From positions 32,550,001 through 32,614,000 of the forward strand of contig NC_088861.1 in NCBI RefSeq assembly GCF_963853765.1: a stretch of 64,000 nt of DNA, read 5' to 3'. Positions within the stretch are counted from its first letter, which is position 1, and the number at the start of each line of letters is the position of its first letter. Below are positions 1-12,699 of the stretch, one piece after another. Source of the stretch: Magallana gigas. Its lineage: Eukaryota. Under the pieces are notes generated by a model. It saw only the letters and a list, made by a program, of their open reading frames with translations, was not told the origin of the DNA and did not search any database. The position numbers and the translations under genes were made by a program.

Positions 1-492
1 TTAGTTTACTATTAAAGGGAAAACATTAAGACTTTGTAATTGAATGTCATGATTCAAAAACAGTTCTAATACATGTAGTTATTTTAAATTTTGATAGTAA
101 TCAGAAACAGAAATATTGTTTTTTGGTTTTTTTTAAGTCGTGTACGATGTTATACGGCGTCAAGGCGCAAATTTGAAAATGATAGTTGAGATTGCAATAT
201 GCCTCGATCTATGAATATGATTCTAAACATTTCATCCAGTGGTCTTACTTTTGGTTTATTGCCCGAAATGTTTTTCACTGATTGACTGCGCAATAATCAG
301 CATCATCGATGTCACATATTTGTGACCTCAAACACTCAGAGTTTTAATAGGGAAAAGAAAAATGTTTGCTGTGTGCTTTTTTTTTATTTTTTTTTTTAAG
401 AATTAAATGTGATATTTTAACATTTTTAATTTTTGATCTTAAAATGATGTGTAGGCACGTGCCTTAAGTGCCTAACGGCAGCTACGCCACTG
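1..492. mobile_element. Right end of a probable insertion in an intron of transposase A
   Basis: Ends in GCTACGCCACTG (reverse complement CAGTGGCGTAGC, a CAG-type terminus) just before an intron acceptor. The partner end is not in the window. Confidence 0.3.
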
Positions 493-1468
493 ATTACATA
501 TCAATTACAGATTTTTAGGTGGTTCCAAAAGTTGGGATGGTGTAAGGGTGTTAAGGGAACAAGAACAGCAGTCGATAAATTGTGCACAGAGTTTGATGAC
601 AGCATTAACTCCTGGAAGAATGCTATTCAGGTGAATATTTTTTTTTCTTCTGAATATTGACATGAGTTAATCTGCTTTATAATGGACCAACCAGAATCAA
701 ATTTAGTTTTCATATTGAATAATAATGTGATATTTATTAAATTTACACATTTTGATAAATCATCACATTTCATGTCCAGATAAATCTGCAAGGACCCCAA
801 CCTGATGAGCATCAGTCATCAGTAGAGGACTCGGAATCGTACAGCTCTGATGACTCAGTCAACTCCATCATTTCAGAGAGTTCAGAGAACCAAGACTCAT
901 CTGATGTGGAAGTTACACAGGGCGAAAAACCATCTTTAAGCAAGTCCTTAAAGGTGGCTTAAAGGAGCTTAAAGGCTATAAAACCTTTAAGCCGCCTTAA
1001 AGTCACCTTTAAGCAAGTGCTTATAGGTCCTTAATATCCAAACTTCTTTAAGCCACCTTTAAGCCACATTTAAGCATCTTTAAGTGGCATTTACGCTCTC
1101 TTTACACTGCCTTTACACTGTCTTTAAGTGGCCTTAAGTCAATATTGATCAAGCTGAACAATAAAAACATATATTAAATGCAAAAGCTCTTTTATAGAGA
1201 TAGGAGGGGGCCATCCGAGCGATAATATAATTTCCAAGGAAGGGGGGGGGGTGTTCCAGGCGGTTTTAATCGTCGCTCCATTAAACACAGATCGCTATCA
1301 TCAGCACCGCTCCGATGGACACAGATTGCCGTTATAAAATTCTTTATAATTTTTGGGGGGTTTCAAAATTATTGTAGGGATGAGCGCAGTCTCTGTATCT
1401 TAATATGTGCATAAAACTAATTAAAGTATGTTTGTTTCCTATTATAAATTAATCGGTGAAAAAAATCT

Positions 1469-1472
<4 letters not shown>

Positions 1473-1520
<48 letters not shown>
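1473..1520. repeat. (CT)n microsatellite
   Basis: Direct reading. Confidence 0.97.
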
Positions 1521-1524
<4 letters not shown>

Positions 1525-1734
1525 CATCCGGTTATTAAACAAAATAAAGATAATGTACCAAAAATGCATGATTTAATTTGTTAATCGGTTTAAGGTTTGT
1601 ATTTTTTTTTTCAATTTTCATTATTTCTAACTCTAGACCTGCTAGATACATGTTAAAGATGAAAAGACTCTCAACTGCCTTTGTTATATCGGGCAGGATA
1701 TTACTGCTTTGTTTGTCTAGACATAGTTTTGTTC

Positions 1735-1958
1735 GTTTGTGTATATCTAATTAGAGTCTATTGTTTGTCCAACTTAAGAAAACCCCTGGAACTAACACAG
1801 AATATACAAGATATACACAACAGTTATGTCGTGTGCCCAGGTGCATGTTTGTGTATATCTAATTAAAGTCTATTGTTTGTCCAACTTAAGAAAACCCCTG
1901 GAACTAACACAGAATATACAAGATATACACAACAGGTGTGTCGTGTGCCCAGGTGCAC
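1735..1958. repeat. 112-bp tandem duplication
   Basis: Units start at 1735 and 1847 (GTTTGTGTATATCTAATT...CCCAGGTGCA) and differ at only a few positions. Confidence 0.92.
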
Positions 1959-2762
1959 CTCAGGGTTTCTAAAGGCGTTGAATCTTAGTATGTACGAGTA
2001 TACGATAAGCCTAGTGAATAAAAGTTAATTTACATTTGTAATTCATTTTCAAAGTATTATTTCCTAGCTCTGGGTTTCAAAGATGTTACGTCTACAAATT
2101 AACGATACATGTATGTAAGAGTAAAATCTTGAGGCTAATTAATTAATGTACCGGTGATCATAAATAGGGGTTGATTATTTAAATATATGTATAAGGGTAA
2201 ATATGTCAAATATACCCGGCCTGGCACATCATACAATTGTATGTACAAGTCATTTGCAATGCAGTAAATACGTCACCGGTAATTGGTAATTTTGTTTGTT
2301 ATAGAATTGATAGTTTATAAATCATGTACATACAAGTACATGTAAATATTTAAACATATTGGAACGGCGCCGCGATCAGGAAAACCGGGAAATTGCGGGA
2401 AATTGAACAAATACCCTAATAGTATCAATGCATTTAATAAAAGAAATGATTTTATTTTCTTTCTTACATTTTTATAGCTATAAATAAGATGAACGTATAT
2501 CTACTCGGTTTAAATTTATTAACTACATGTAAGAAAGCCTACTATAGTGAACCTAACGGTTTCCATTTAGGTATAATATATTTTTGTTCACTGAAGACCA
2601 AGTTCCGTATTTCATTCTAAATACATGCATGCATGTAATTTATAAATTGGATATAATTGATTGTTACAAACTGAATGGTTTGTCAAAATCTTTTCAAGTA
2701 AACACATTCAATACAGTGATACAATATCCACTGATATATATAAAAACAATATTTTCTATGTA

Positions 2763-2840
2763 AGTTGCCGTGGCGCAGAGGATGTGTGGTGATGTTAGTA
2801 AACTAAGGGTCCCGGCTTCAATTCTCGCCGTGGCCGGTTT
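2763..2840 (+). repeat. Degenerate tRNA-derived (SINE-head-like) sequence
   Basis: A-box-like TGGCGCAG and B-box-like GGCTTCAATTC at tRNA-like spacing. No full cloverleaf. Confidence 0.35.
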
Positions 2841-4005
2841 ATTTATTGTGGTTTTTTTTTTCATTTTTCTTTCTAGAACAAAAACCGTTTTAATACCTTT
2901 TCTTTCATAAAGTTAATACATTTTGTTGGAAATTAAGCACAATATTGAATTAAATTTTTTTAAATGGCTTAAAGGTGGCTTAAAGGTAGCTTAAAGGTGG
3001 CTTAAAGAAGTTTGGACATTAAAGACCTATAAGTTTTCCTTAAAGGTGGCTTAAAGGTGGCTTAAAGATAGTCTTTAAGCTGCCTTTAAGCCATCTTTAC
3101 GCTTTCTTTAAGCCACCTTTAAGCAATACATATAGCTTAAAGATCGTCTTTAAGCTACCTTTAAACACCTTTAAGCTATCTTTAAGGAGGACTTAAAGAT
3201 GGTCATTTATCCTGTGTTAGTAGTGAAGATGAAGTAGATGCCATTCCTCTTCCACAAGACAATTCTTTCGATCCTAAATGATCAAATTGAGAATGGAAAT
3301 CAGAGTATGTGACAACAATTTGTAATTCAATTTTACAAACATTTTTCTTTAGTGTCATAGTGATAATTGTCCATTGCCACAACTTTTAACAAAAGGAATA
3401 AATGTGATTTAGTTTACATTTGTAATATCTAATCATAACTTGAGTTTTTTGACTTGCCTTTAACAGATCCAGGTTATAGTGTGTGCTGGGATAATGTCCA
3501 GAAGTTGAGCGTGACACGGCATCATCTTCGACAAGACAATAAAATGATGCTGTTGGCCCTGTGTTTTGCAGCTAAGAACAGGATATCCTTCCGTCATCTG
3601 GATGATGTTGACGACAAGTGTTCTATAAGTGACATACAACTGAAGGTTAGTGATGAACATACACTGTCTAATTATTACGTGAGTAAATTAACCAATTAGC
3701 TGTTGTACAAATTTATGCTGTACATTATTTTAATTATTACTGCATGTGTTTTTTTAAGAATTACCTACCATCCATCCAGGATTGGAGAAATCCTCAGAAA
3801 CGAATGGAATGTGTTGTCCAGAATATAGTTCAGAAAAACTTCCCTCAGTTCAGTGAAGCTCATGTTGCAACTATCCAGCATCAGTACTCTGATATTTCTG
3901 AAACAAAGTCAGAAATTGTGGGTTACTTATGTATCTGCATGATTTTTTTTGACACAGATTATGCTATTAGGAAAAAGAAACAAAAAATGATTATTGAAAA
4001 TGTTT

Positions 4006-4007
<2 letters not shown>

Positions 4008-4082
<75 letters not shown>
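4008..4082. repeat. (TA)n microsatellite in intron
   Basis: Direct reading; lies just before a TTGCAG acceptor. Confidence 0.97.
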
Positions 4083-4085
<3 letters not shown>

Positions 4086-5994
4086 GCAGGCTTTCTTGAT
4101 TACAATAAGTAACTATTTTGATCAGGTAAATCTTGGAGTTATTCAAGAGAATCCATCCTCCGCTCGTGGAACACTTGAAATATTAAATAAGCATGTACCA
4201 ATTGGACAGAATGGACTTCCATATCCAATCCTTTGTCATGGAGACCAGCTAAGTGTTGAAAGAATGGTAGAAACAAAGCTGTCAATGGCCTTCAGTGAGG
4301 ATGAAACAGATCAGCTTACTGGACTTATTCCAAGACCACAAGGATTTCATAAAAGATGCATAATACTTCAAGATTTAATGAACATGTTGTTTAGTGGGAG
4401 CACAGTGGGATATAAGGGTTCTCTGTTTCATATCAAGAACAGATTTGACTTCCGTACAGTGAAGAAAAATATCTCTGACTGTATTAACTCTGCTGTGGAT
4501 TTTTTCAATTTTGTTACAGAAGGAAGTGTTTGCATGATTGTCTGTAATATTTTGAACATTGATAACATTGATGTGAACTCTGATGTCATACCTGAGGATG
4601 GCACTGAAAGACAGGAAATGTTCGAAGACATCTGTAAAAGAGTAGTTCAACTCGTTTGGCCCCAGATAGATATGAAGTCTATACAGCAGGCTGCAGAGGG
4701 TGATGTAGTACAAGACTCTGATGATGACCCTCAATACCTTGATGACACCATCCTCTACTGGAATGATCAGAAACAAGATGAGTTGGAGGGGACTTTACCC
4801 TACAATGAAGATTCTGATGATGAGTTTGGTATGAATTAAACATGACATGAAAACTATTGATTTACAGTCAAACCTCATGATCTCGAAATAGATGAAACTG
4901 GTTAAAAAGTCTAGATACCCAAGTATTTGAGATATCAAATGTAAATTACTTAACGTAAAAGCGGTTGGGCTTAGGTACAAATCACTTCGACATATCCATT
5001 GTATTCGAGATATGGGTTTTCGAGATATTGAAGCTCAACTGTATTTGCATATTTATGTTTTTGATAAATAAAAATTCTAAATTTGTGCATATATTAGCTG
5101 TGTCTGAAAATGTCTTTACTTCTGATTTTAGATTTACCTGAAGTAGTAGACCAAAACAGTGGTGACTCTGTGTTTCAGTATAGTTGTTGCATGCTGTGGC
5201 GTGGTCTTCTGCACATGGTACAAACGAATGCAGAACGCTACAACACTGGGGAACAGCTCATAGAGGCTAAACATAGTGGACTTCTGGAATAACAACCACA
5301 ATAAGTATCTTATTCTGGGACACATAATCTTAGCAGGTAATGAATTAATAAAATAAATCTGTAAGTTACCACGAAAGAAAGCATTTTTAGGAAGAAAGTT
5401 AAAATATGTGTCTCATACTTGCAAAATATCTGTCAGGTATCAATGGATTGTTGCTTGCGAGAATTCGGAGTGAAGTTGTGTGGAACAGCACAGCGAATCT
5501 ATTTGGGAAAACCAGGCCATAATATTGCTTTGGATCTGGTTAATGAGTTCCTGAATAATGAGTTTAAGGGTAGGCGTCCTTTAATAAAGAAGTAATTCCG
5601 TTCATTATATGAATTAAATCTTTGAAAGATCTTTTACAGAGCACCTTTTATATATTTCATACTTACAGCTAACCTGAAAAACTCTCATGGGCAATACACA
5701 GAAACACAGGTCTCAAGATGTAGTAAAATTGTTGGGAGTGTAGGGAAAGCCATTGAGGAGATCATCCACGTTAATGTCATCCAAGATTATATTCCACTCT
5801 CGCCATCATCAGATGGCTCTTCAAAGGCAAAGTTAAAGAAATTAATTGAAGAGTATGGAATGGAAGATTTGTTTGTTGACAAAGGAGATGAAAGACATCA
5901 CAGTGGATTTAATGATTTCAGACATAACATTTCTGTAAAACATCCAGAGAAATTAAATGCCAGGTTAAATAAATATGTTAAAGTGTTGGAAAAT

Positions 5995-6143
5995 CACAGG
6001 ATGATTCTCTGCCATTCAGTCAACTGAAATGTGACTGAATGATTACTGAAAGGTGACTGTATACATTAGCTATGCCATTCAGTCACCTTTCCAGACCATT
6101 CAGTTAACATTCAGTTGACTGAATGGCAGAGGTTCATCCTGTG
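5995..6143. mobile_element. 149-bp CACTA-like MITE
   Basis: 34-bp TIR CACAGGATGAxxCTCTGCCATTCAGTCAACTGAA; AAT TSD at 5992-5994 and 6144-6146; internal CATTCAGT repeats. Removal restores KVLEN|EEFLYN*. Confidence 0.9.
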
Positions 6144-6231
6144 AATGAAGAATTCCTTTATAATTAATCAAATATTATAAATATGAAAGGAGCTTGATTT
6201 TGAAATATATACCTGTCTTTCCTAATGTTTC

Positions 6232-8160
6232 CTAATTCTTGTGTTTGGCCTTCATCCTGCACGAACAAGCTTCTTGACATAGATAACAACAACTGCACTG
6301 AGAACACTCACATTCAATACAGTTTAGTTTACAAAGAAATTGTGATATAGAGGAGTATCCAATGAAATATGAGAGCAAAGAGTCCCTAAAACACTTTGTC
6401 CTGCATTCGTCCAATGAACTACATAACTCCTTCATTTCATCTGAAGCATGAAGTAATGATATAGGGGTTACAAAGTACATGGCCTTTGTCTTGCGTCCAT
6501 CTCGCCCTGCCCTACCAACCTCCTGCCAATAGTCCATTACAGAGCTACATGCACCCCGGTGAATAACAAGGTCAATGTCTGGGATGTTGATCCCCATACC
6601 AAAGGCGATAGTGCAGTCGTATCACACTGTCTGGCTTTGAAATATCATGCAGTATGTACTCAAGATCTTTGGTAGCCATTCCAGCATGATACAAAGCAAT
6701 GTGGCTGTTGCGCTGAACCTTTTTTTGTTCAAAATATGCACCTTCTTTTAAATGGCCCAATATATCCCCGTAAAGGCGGTCACCTTGACTCAAGCTCCTA
6801 CAATTTTGAAGAGTATACCCAGTAAATACTTTTAAATATAAATTGAAGTATGAACCCCAATTTTTTTTTATCTTGCAAACAATAGCTTTTTATAGATTAA
6901 TTAACAATTAACCTAACATATACTAAAGTCCTCCTGGTTTTGATACCATTTTCTTTAATATCATTAAACAGCCATCCAAGTTCTTAAAAAATATCTTTTG
7001 ACCTCTTGTATTCCAGGTAAATGTTAGGTCTGTTGAGTTTCAAAATTAAAACATATCATAACAAAACATTTCAAAACACATTGAGAGTACAAGAATATTT
7101 TGGCAATGAAATTTTCAGTTGTGGTCATTCGCTATACATGTGTACTTTGATCCTTCATTCCACAAAAGTTACCTGTCAGGATATGCAGTGAACAGTTTTA
7201 GACCAGGTAGGTGAATTCCGCTCGTGATGTGCTTCAGAATCTGCTGTGTGCAGGTTGCAGTAAGCATAAGGAATGGCGTTCTTGGAAAATGGGAGCGAAA
7301 GTCTTCGAGTCTTGCAAAGGTTGGACGAAACGTATCACCCCTTTAACATTTCATCAAATGTGCTCTCATCAGATATATGTATATTCTAGAACCATAAGAG
7401 TTTCTTATATTGTTGACATTATATATGTAATGGTAAAATATAAAGAAGGATGAACAAATATGAAGAAGTCACTATGTATGTCACTTCATATGAACATACA
7501 ACGTTCATATATAATTAACAAGAATCAGAACACCTTAAAATTACCTCAAAATTAAATTGAAACTCCTACCAGGACTCCAAAATGTGTGCCTCATCTATGG
7601 CAATCAGTGCAACTCTGTCACGATACAAACTGGAATTGAGTATTATGTTTCCCCATGACTCGAAATTTAGAAGTGTCACTGGTGACATATATAGAATTGA
7701 ATATTCACCTGTCTTTATGGCTATATAAATATTAATATATACCCTTTTAGTTCAACTAACCAGAGTTATTTTTTTTTCAAGCACGCTGAACAATTTATTC
7801 AAAGATAAACACAAAATTATATCATACCTTCAATAACCTAATGACTCATTTCATCCATGCCTTTCATGACGGCAGCAGAAATACCATGATCAAATTTCTG
7901 CTTGCACTGATCTATCATAAGACTCTTTAAGGGAGATATGACAATGCAATCATGTCTAACGTCTGACTTCTGTTGATCAAGAATCAAAGGGGGCAATAAA
8001 AAACATACACTTTTGCCAAACTCGGTAGGGAAAACACCCACAGTATGCTTTTTTCCAAAATACTCTCTATCACAGATATCTGTTCGTCTTTAAGTTCGAA
8101 TTCAAAATTATATAGTGGTCTAACCTCTTCGAATATCTTCTTAACATTAAATGCAGCCAT
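6232..8160 (-). pseudogene. RecQ-like SF2 helicase of AcademH-A, multi-exon, disrupted
   Basis: ATG at 8160. Motif I FPTEFGKS, Ia [46 protein letters not shown], and a Cys-rich C-terminus. Contains a frameshift and a premature stop. Confidence 0.85.
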
Positions 8161-8849
8161 AATTATTATTTACAGTGTGAAATTTGTGCATTACGTCATA
8201 AATTCTGCTTTCACGTGAGACAGTTCAAGGGTGTATATTTTCAGACAAACAAAGAACCATAAAGTTGAGAGAAAGTATGCGTGATTAAACGCCTGCATCA
8301 TCGATAATGTCTAAACTAATAAGTAAACTCATAAAAATAGTTGTCAGTGTTTATTTGTTAAGATATAGATCGAAATCAAATCAAATGCCGGTTGTTGTGA
8401 AGGTAAACACGTGAAACGCGAGTTAGAGTTATGCCCCTTTATCACGTGACCAAATAACGAGATCTCACTACTAGGTAAACATGGCTGTCATAAGGCGAGT
8501 TTTTTAAAACGATGACACTCCAAGGCGGAGGATGGCCGTTCGAAACCACTGAAAGGAAAACAAAGTTACCAGAGTTGGGGTAAACTATATGTTTAATTAA
8601 TAAATCCAATTGTTTAGGCGGTTGAATGCTTTTAAAGTCAGATATAATTCCCGAAGCGATCCACAAAAAACGGCGGCGTAAATCGGAGGTTTTTAAAACG
8701 CTTGGATCTGTGACTCTCTGGTTTGTCTATCCGAATTTTTTCAACCAGAGAGCTACAGATCAGCAGCTAGCACATGCGCTACATACTAATTGGCATTGAT
8801 GTTAAAATTCTCCCTTTCAGTTACGTTTTATCAACGTAACTGACAAGAT

Positions 8850-10330
8850 GGGTAGAAGATTTAGAAGAGAACAGAAATCTAAAAAGGCTCTTTTTCGAGT
8901 ACGATCTACATGTATCTCTGCTCGTAACTTGCAGCCAAATAATGCTCTTTCACGAGTACGATCTATCTCGCTCGCAACTTGCAGCTAAATAGTTTAAAGA
9001 AAACTGAGATGCAAGTTTTAAACTTGTCAAAACATTGTTTGACACTTGCTGAACAATCTCTTTGAAGTAAAGGACTAAAATCTATACCAAGTCCTAAGTC
9101 GTACAATGCCAAAAACATTGTACTAAGAGATTTTGACGAATTTGCACGAAAATTAAGATGCAAATATATGTGCAGCAATCCCGATGACAACTTCCTGCGT
9201 CCCTTTAGACAGCGCCCAGGTTACAAACCAGAGCACACGTGTGATGCATTAGAAAAGTATATCGATAAGACTAAACTCGAATTAGCATCAATGACATTCA
9301 AACGGTTTGAAGACAATCTCACTAAACATGAGATGGAAGCATTTGTCTCATTAACAAACAATCTTGGGATTGTAATGAAAAGGCGGACAAAAGCAACACA
9401 ATTGTTGTAATGGACAGCGATCAATATATCTCAGAAAATATAAGACAGCTCATGTCTGCCTATTATGTTCAGATAGAAAAACCTGACTCAGAAGCTCTAC
9501 ATCAGAGCATCCAATCTAAAGTTTTTGAGATGTATCAAAACCAAACTTTAGACAAGGAAACCTATAGGTTTTTAAGCAGAAATAAAAATGTTAATTTTAA
9601 ATGTTGGAGTCTGTATTTGCTCCCTAAAAACATAAAATAAACAAACAAGTGATTGATGCACTTTTAAAAGGCCAATGCAGCCTCCGAAAAATTCCACCTG
9701 GTCGACAAATCATCTCTCAATGCGCACTAACGGACATTATAGGTCACTACTGTGATCATTTCCTTGTGCCTATTGTTCAGAAACAGAATTCTTACATCAA
9801 AGACACGTCTGATTTTATACTAAAAATCGAATCTCTGATTGTACCTGAAAATGTCATCATGGTTACTTATGACGTGACCAGCATGTACAACAACATGGAA
9901 TTTGATGAATTACTTCATTCTATCGAGAAAGCATATTTAGCAGACAATTCTAGTCTAGTATTACTAAATATTTTCATAGATTTCAAATCTCACCTCGAAA
10001 AAAGAGGTTACATGTACAAACAATCATACTGTTTACCCTATTATGCAAGAAACTATTTCTGCAAATAGAATGGATCTTCTAAATAAACAATATAAGAAAA
10101 ACACTAAAAAGGCTGTACCGAAAGTTTTAGTGTCCAAATTTAACCCATGTAATAAAGGGTTATAGAAACGACTTATGAAATACTTGGATATCATACAACA
10201 TGACGAAGTATGCAAAATATTATTCACAACACTTCCTATGGTTTCATACAGTAAACACAAAAATATGAATGATCTAATCATTAGATCCAAATTAAAACCA
10301 AATGAAGTTCAAAGAGATTAATTGGTTTAT
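8850..10330 (+). mobile_element. Penelope-like element, degenerate, internally deleted
   Basis: Fragments LSKGLKSIP, NLTKHEMEAF, VMKR(ADK), PPGRQIIS, VTYDVTSMYNNM, then a jump to the C-terminal LEKRGY and LPMVSYSKHKNMNDLIIRSKL. Frameshifts throughout. Confidence 0.8.
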
Positions 10331-10499
10331 GCATAAGGTGAACTCCTGACGAGGCGGGCCTTATTACAATTCAAAAAACATAGGTAATCACAGATTACAA
10401 AGCTCACCGAGACGAGGCATCATCCTCATTAGACATCAATTTTATGAGACCGCCTTTATCATATTATATGAAAATCATACTTTATGATCTTGGATATTG

Positions 10500-12490
10500 A
10501 AAGATTCTGTTTTGACACAGAATCATATGTCATGTATAATACCATATTGTATTATATGATACAATATCATATTACATGATACATCATAACATTAAAACAT
10601 ATGATATTATATTGTATAATATAGTATGATATTGTATTGTATGATATTGTATAATATTTGATACATAAGATGATATTGTATCATATGATACAATATAATT
10701 TGAAACATTATTTTATCATATCAAATGATACGATATCATGTGATAAAGTAAAATATTATATAATACAATATTGTATTATACATATTGTATCATATGAAAC
10801 AATAATATATCATATAAACCAATATCATATTATACAATATCGTATGATACGATAATATATAACAATATCATATAATACAATTTCACATGATATAATTGTA
10901 TATTACAGAAACCATTATCATATTATAAAATATCGTATTATACAATATTATAGATACAATTTTATATTATATAATATTGTATCATAATATACAATACTTC
11001 ACAGAACCATATCATGATACAATATCATATCATAAAATATCAAAATATTGATACAATATCATATCGTATCATGTAACTTTTTACAATATAGCATATGATA
11101 TTATATTGTATCATATTAAACAATAGTGTATCATATCATACAATACTTTATCATAGGAATTATGTTATATCATTTACCAACAACTACATCTTTCTATTAA
11201 GCAGGTTTAAGTGAGGTAGGAGATTTCTTTAGCATCCTTGATAATGGAGATCAGGCTCTGCATCTGAAGCAACCTCTGCGTTTCATTTATAATATAGTTA
11301 AATCAACTTTGCAAGCTATCGTATACAAAACATGTGACCTGTTCCCAAAAAAAACTAAACCTCATCCAGCATCCGTAACATATGGCTCAGATTCAGCATT
11401 CAAGCCTGTCAGGTGCATCAGTATCATAAGACGCATCACCCATGCAAGTTTGGTGAAGATAGGACCAGTAATAACTAAGATATCATCATCAGAGGGCACC
11501 AGCAATTAAAACCTTAACCTTATCCAGCATCCGAAACCTATGGCTCAGATTCAGCATCCATGCCTATCATGTGCATCTGTATTATAAGACACACCACACA
11601 TTCAAGTTTAGTGAAGTTAGGACCTGTAATAACTAAGATATATTTTTAGCATCCTTGATAATGGAGATCAAACTCTGCATCTGAAGCTTCCTCTGCGATT
11701 CATTCATAATACAGTTTAATCAACTATGCAAGTTTGAAATAGTATTATTATGTATGTAACATGTGACCTGTTAAAAAATCTTAACCTTATCCAGCATCGA
11801 AACCTATGGCTCAGACTCAGCATTCAATCCTGTCAGGTGCATCAGTATCATAAAAAGCACCATCCATGGAAGTCTGGTGTAGTTAAGACAAGTAATAACT
11901 AAGATATTATCATTTGTTTCAAAAACTTTAACCAGCTCTTAAGACCTTAACCTCCTCCAGCATCCGAAACCTATGGCTCAGATTCAGCAGTGAAGCCGTT
12001 CATCACGCGCCAACCATAAAAGTTTGGTGAAGTAAGGATCAGTAGTAACTAAGATATTATCATCAGATGTCATCTGCAACAAAAACTTTAACCAGCTCTT
12101 AAAACGTTAACCACCTCCAGCATCCGAAACCTATAGCTCAGATTCAGCATTCAAGCCTGTCTGGTGCATAAGTATCATCCATGCAAGTTTGGTGAAGTAC
12201 GGACCAGTAATAACTTAGATATTGCTATCAAAGGGCACCTGCAACAACAACCTTAACCTGTTCCAAAAACCTTAGCCTCCTTCAGCATCTGAAATTTAGG
12301 ACCCAGATCCAGCATCCAGGTCTTTCAAGTCCATAAGTACGTCCAGATGCATCATCCATGCAAGTGTGGTGAACACAGGACAAGTAATAACTTAGACATA
12401 GGACCTGCAACAAAAACTTTAACCAGGTCCGGACGCCGACGCCGGGGGTATAGCATAAGCTCCCCTTGACTTCGTCTCGATGAGCTAATG
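10500..12490 (-). mobile_element. Helentron-type non-autonomous repeat with ~170-bp tandem array and AT-rich minisatellite tail
   Basis: The - strand begins TTAGCTCATCGAGACGAAGTC...GGCGTCGGCGTCCG. Repeated CAGCATCCGAAACCTATGGCTCAGATTCAGCA units at 11350-12400; degenerate ATACAATATC array at 10520-11170. Same family as 57425-60170. Confidence 0.65.
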
Positions 12491-12699
12491 ACATGTGCTA
12501 TTAATACCGCCGAAACACTCTTAACTATGACAAATAAGCAATTGACCAATTGCTTCATTAAGAGTGTCGGGTTCTATTTTTTTTCCTCTTTTATTAAAAC
12601 AATTATCATAATAAAGAAACATGTACATAATATATTCAATATATTCATTTACACAGTTCATACAGATAATAATAATATAATGAAATGCCTATATACTTT

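Larger units (their letters stand above)
916..3216. mobile_element. Non-autonomous CACTA/EnSpm-like element (CACAGG...CCTGTG)
   Basis: TTA TSD at 913-915 and 3217-3219. Imperfect TIRs CACAGG-N-ACCATCTTTAAG, with subterminal arrays of TTAAAGGTGGC-like repeats at both ends. Removing it restores the frame ...SDVEV|SSEDEVD. Confidence 0.85.
511..6167 (+). pseudogene. Academ (AcademH-type) transposase, multi-exon, disrupted
   Basis: Exon 511-630 (IFRWFQKLGWCK...) joins in phase to the exon at 780. Later exons carry WDNVQK, CHGDQLSVER, PQGFHKR, HNKYL and NIALDLVNEFLN motifs. Two MITE insertions and frameshifts; the restored stop is at 6165-6167. Confidence 0.75.
1..8755. mobile_element. AcademH-like DNA transposon A (degenerate; left end outside window; right end tentative)
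   Basis: Convergent multi-exon Academ-type transposase (+, 511-6167) and RecQ-like helicase (-, 6232-8160), the same layout as element B. The candidate right terminus ...AACCAGAGAGCTA (8755) reads TAG on the - strand. Confidence 0.7.

Noticed and set aside
3744-4112. ORF with IYIYIY run
   Set aside because: Read-through of an intronic (TA)n microsatellite; only the first part is a transposase exon.
10340-10425. Possible hammerhead ribozyme after the Penelope-like element (CTGACGAG...CCGAGAC)
   Set aside because: No GAAA core or convincing stem II; CTCACCGAGACGAGG matches the head of the Helentron-type repeat at 57425.
10658-10855. Short ORFs in AT-rich minisatellite and antisense to TE genes
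   Set aside because: Low-complexity or shadow ORFs with no independent support.
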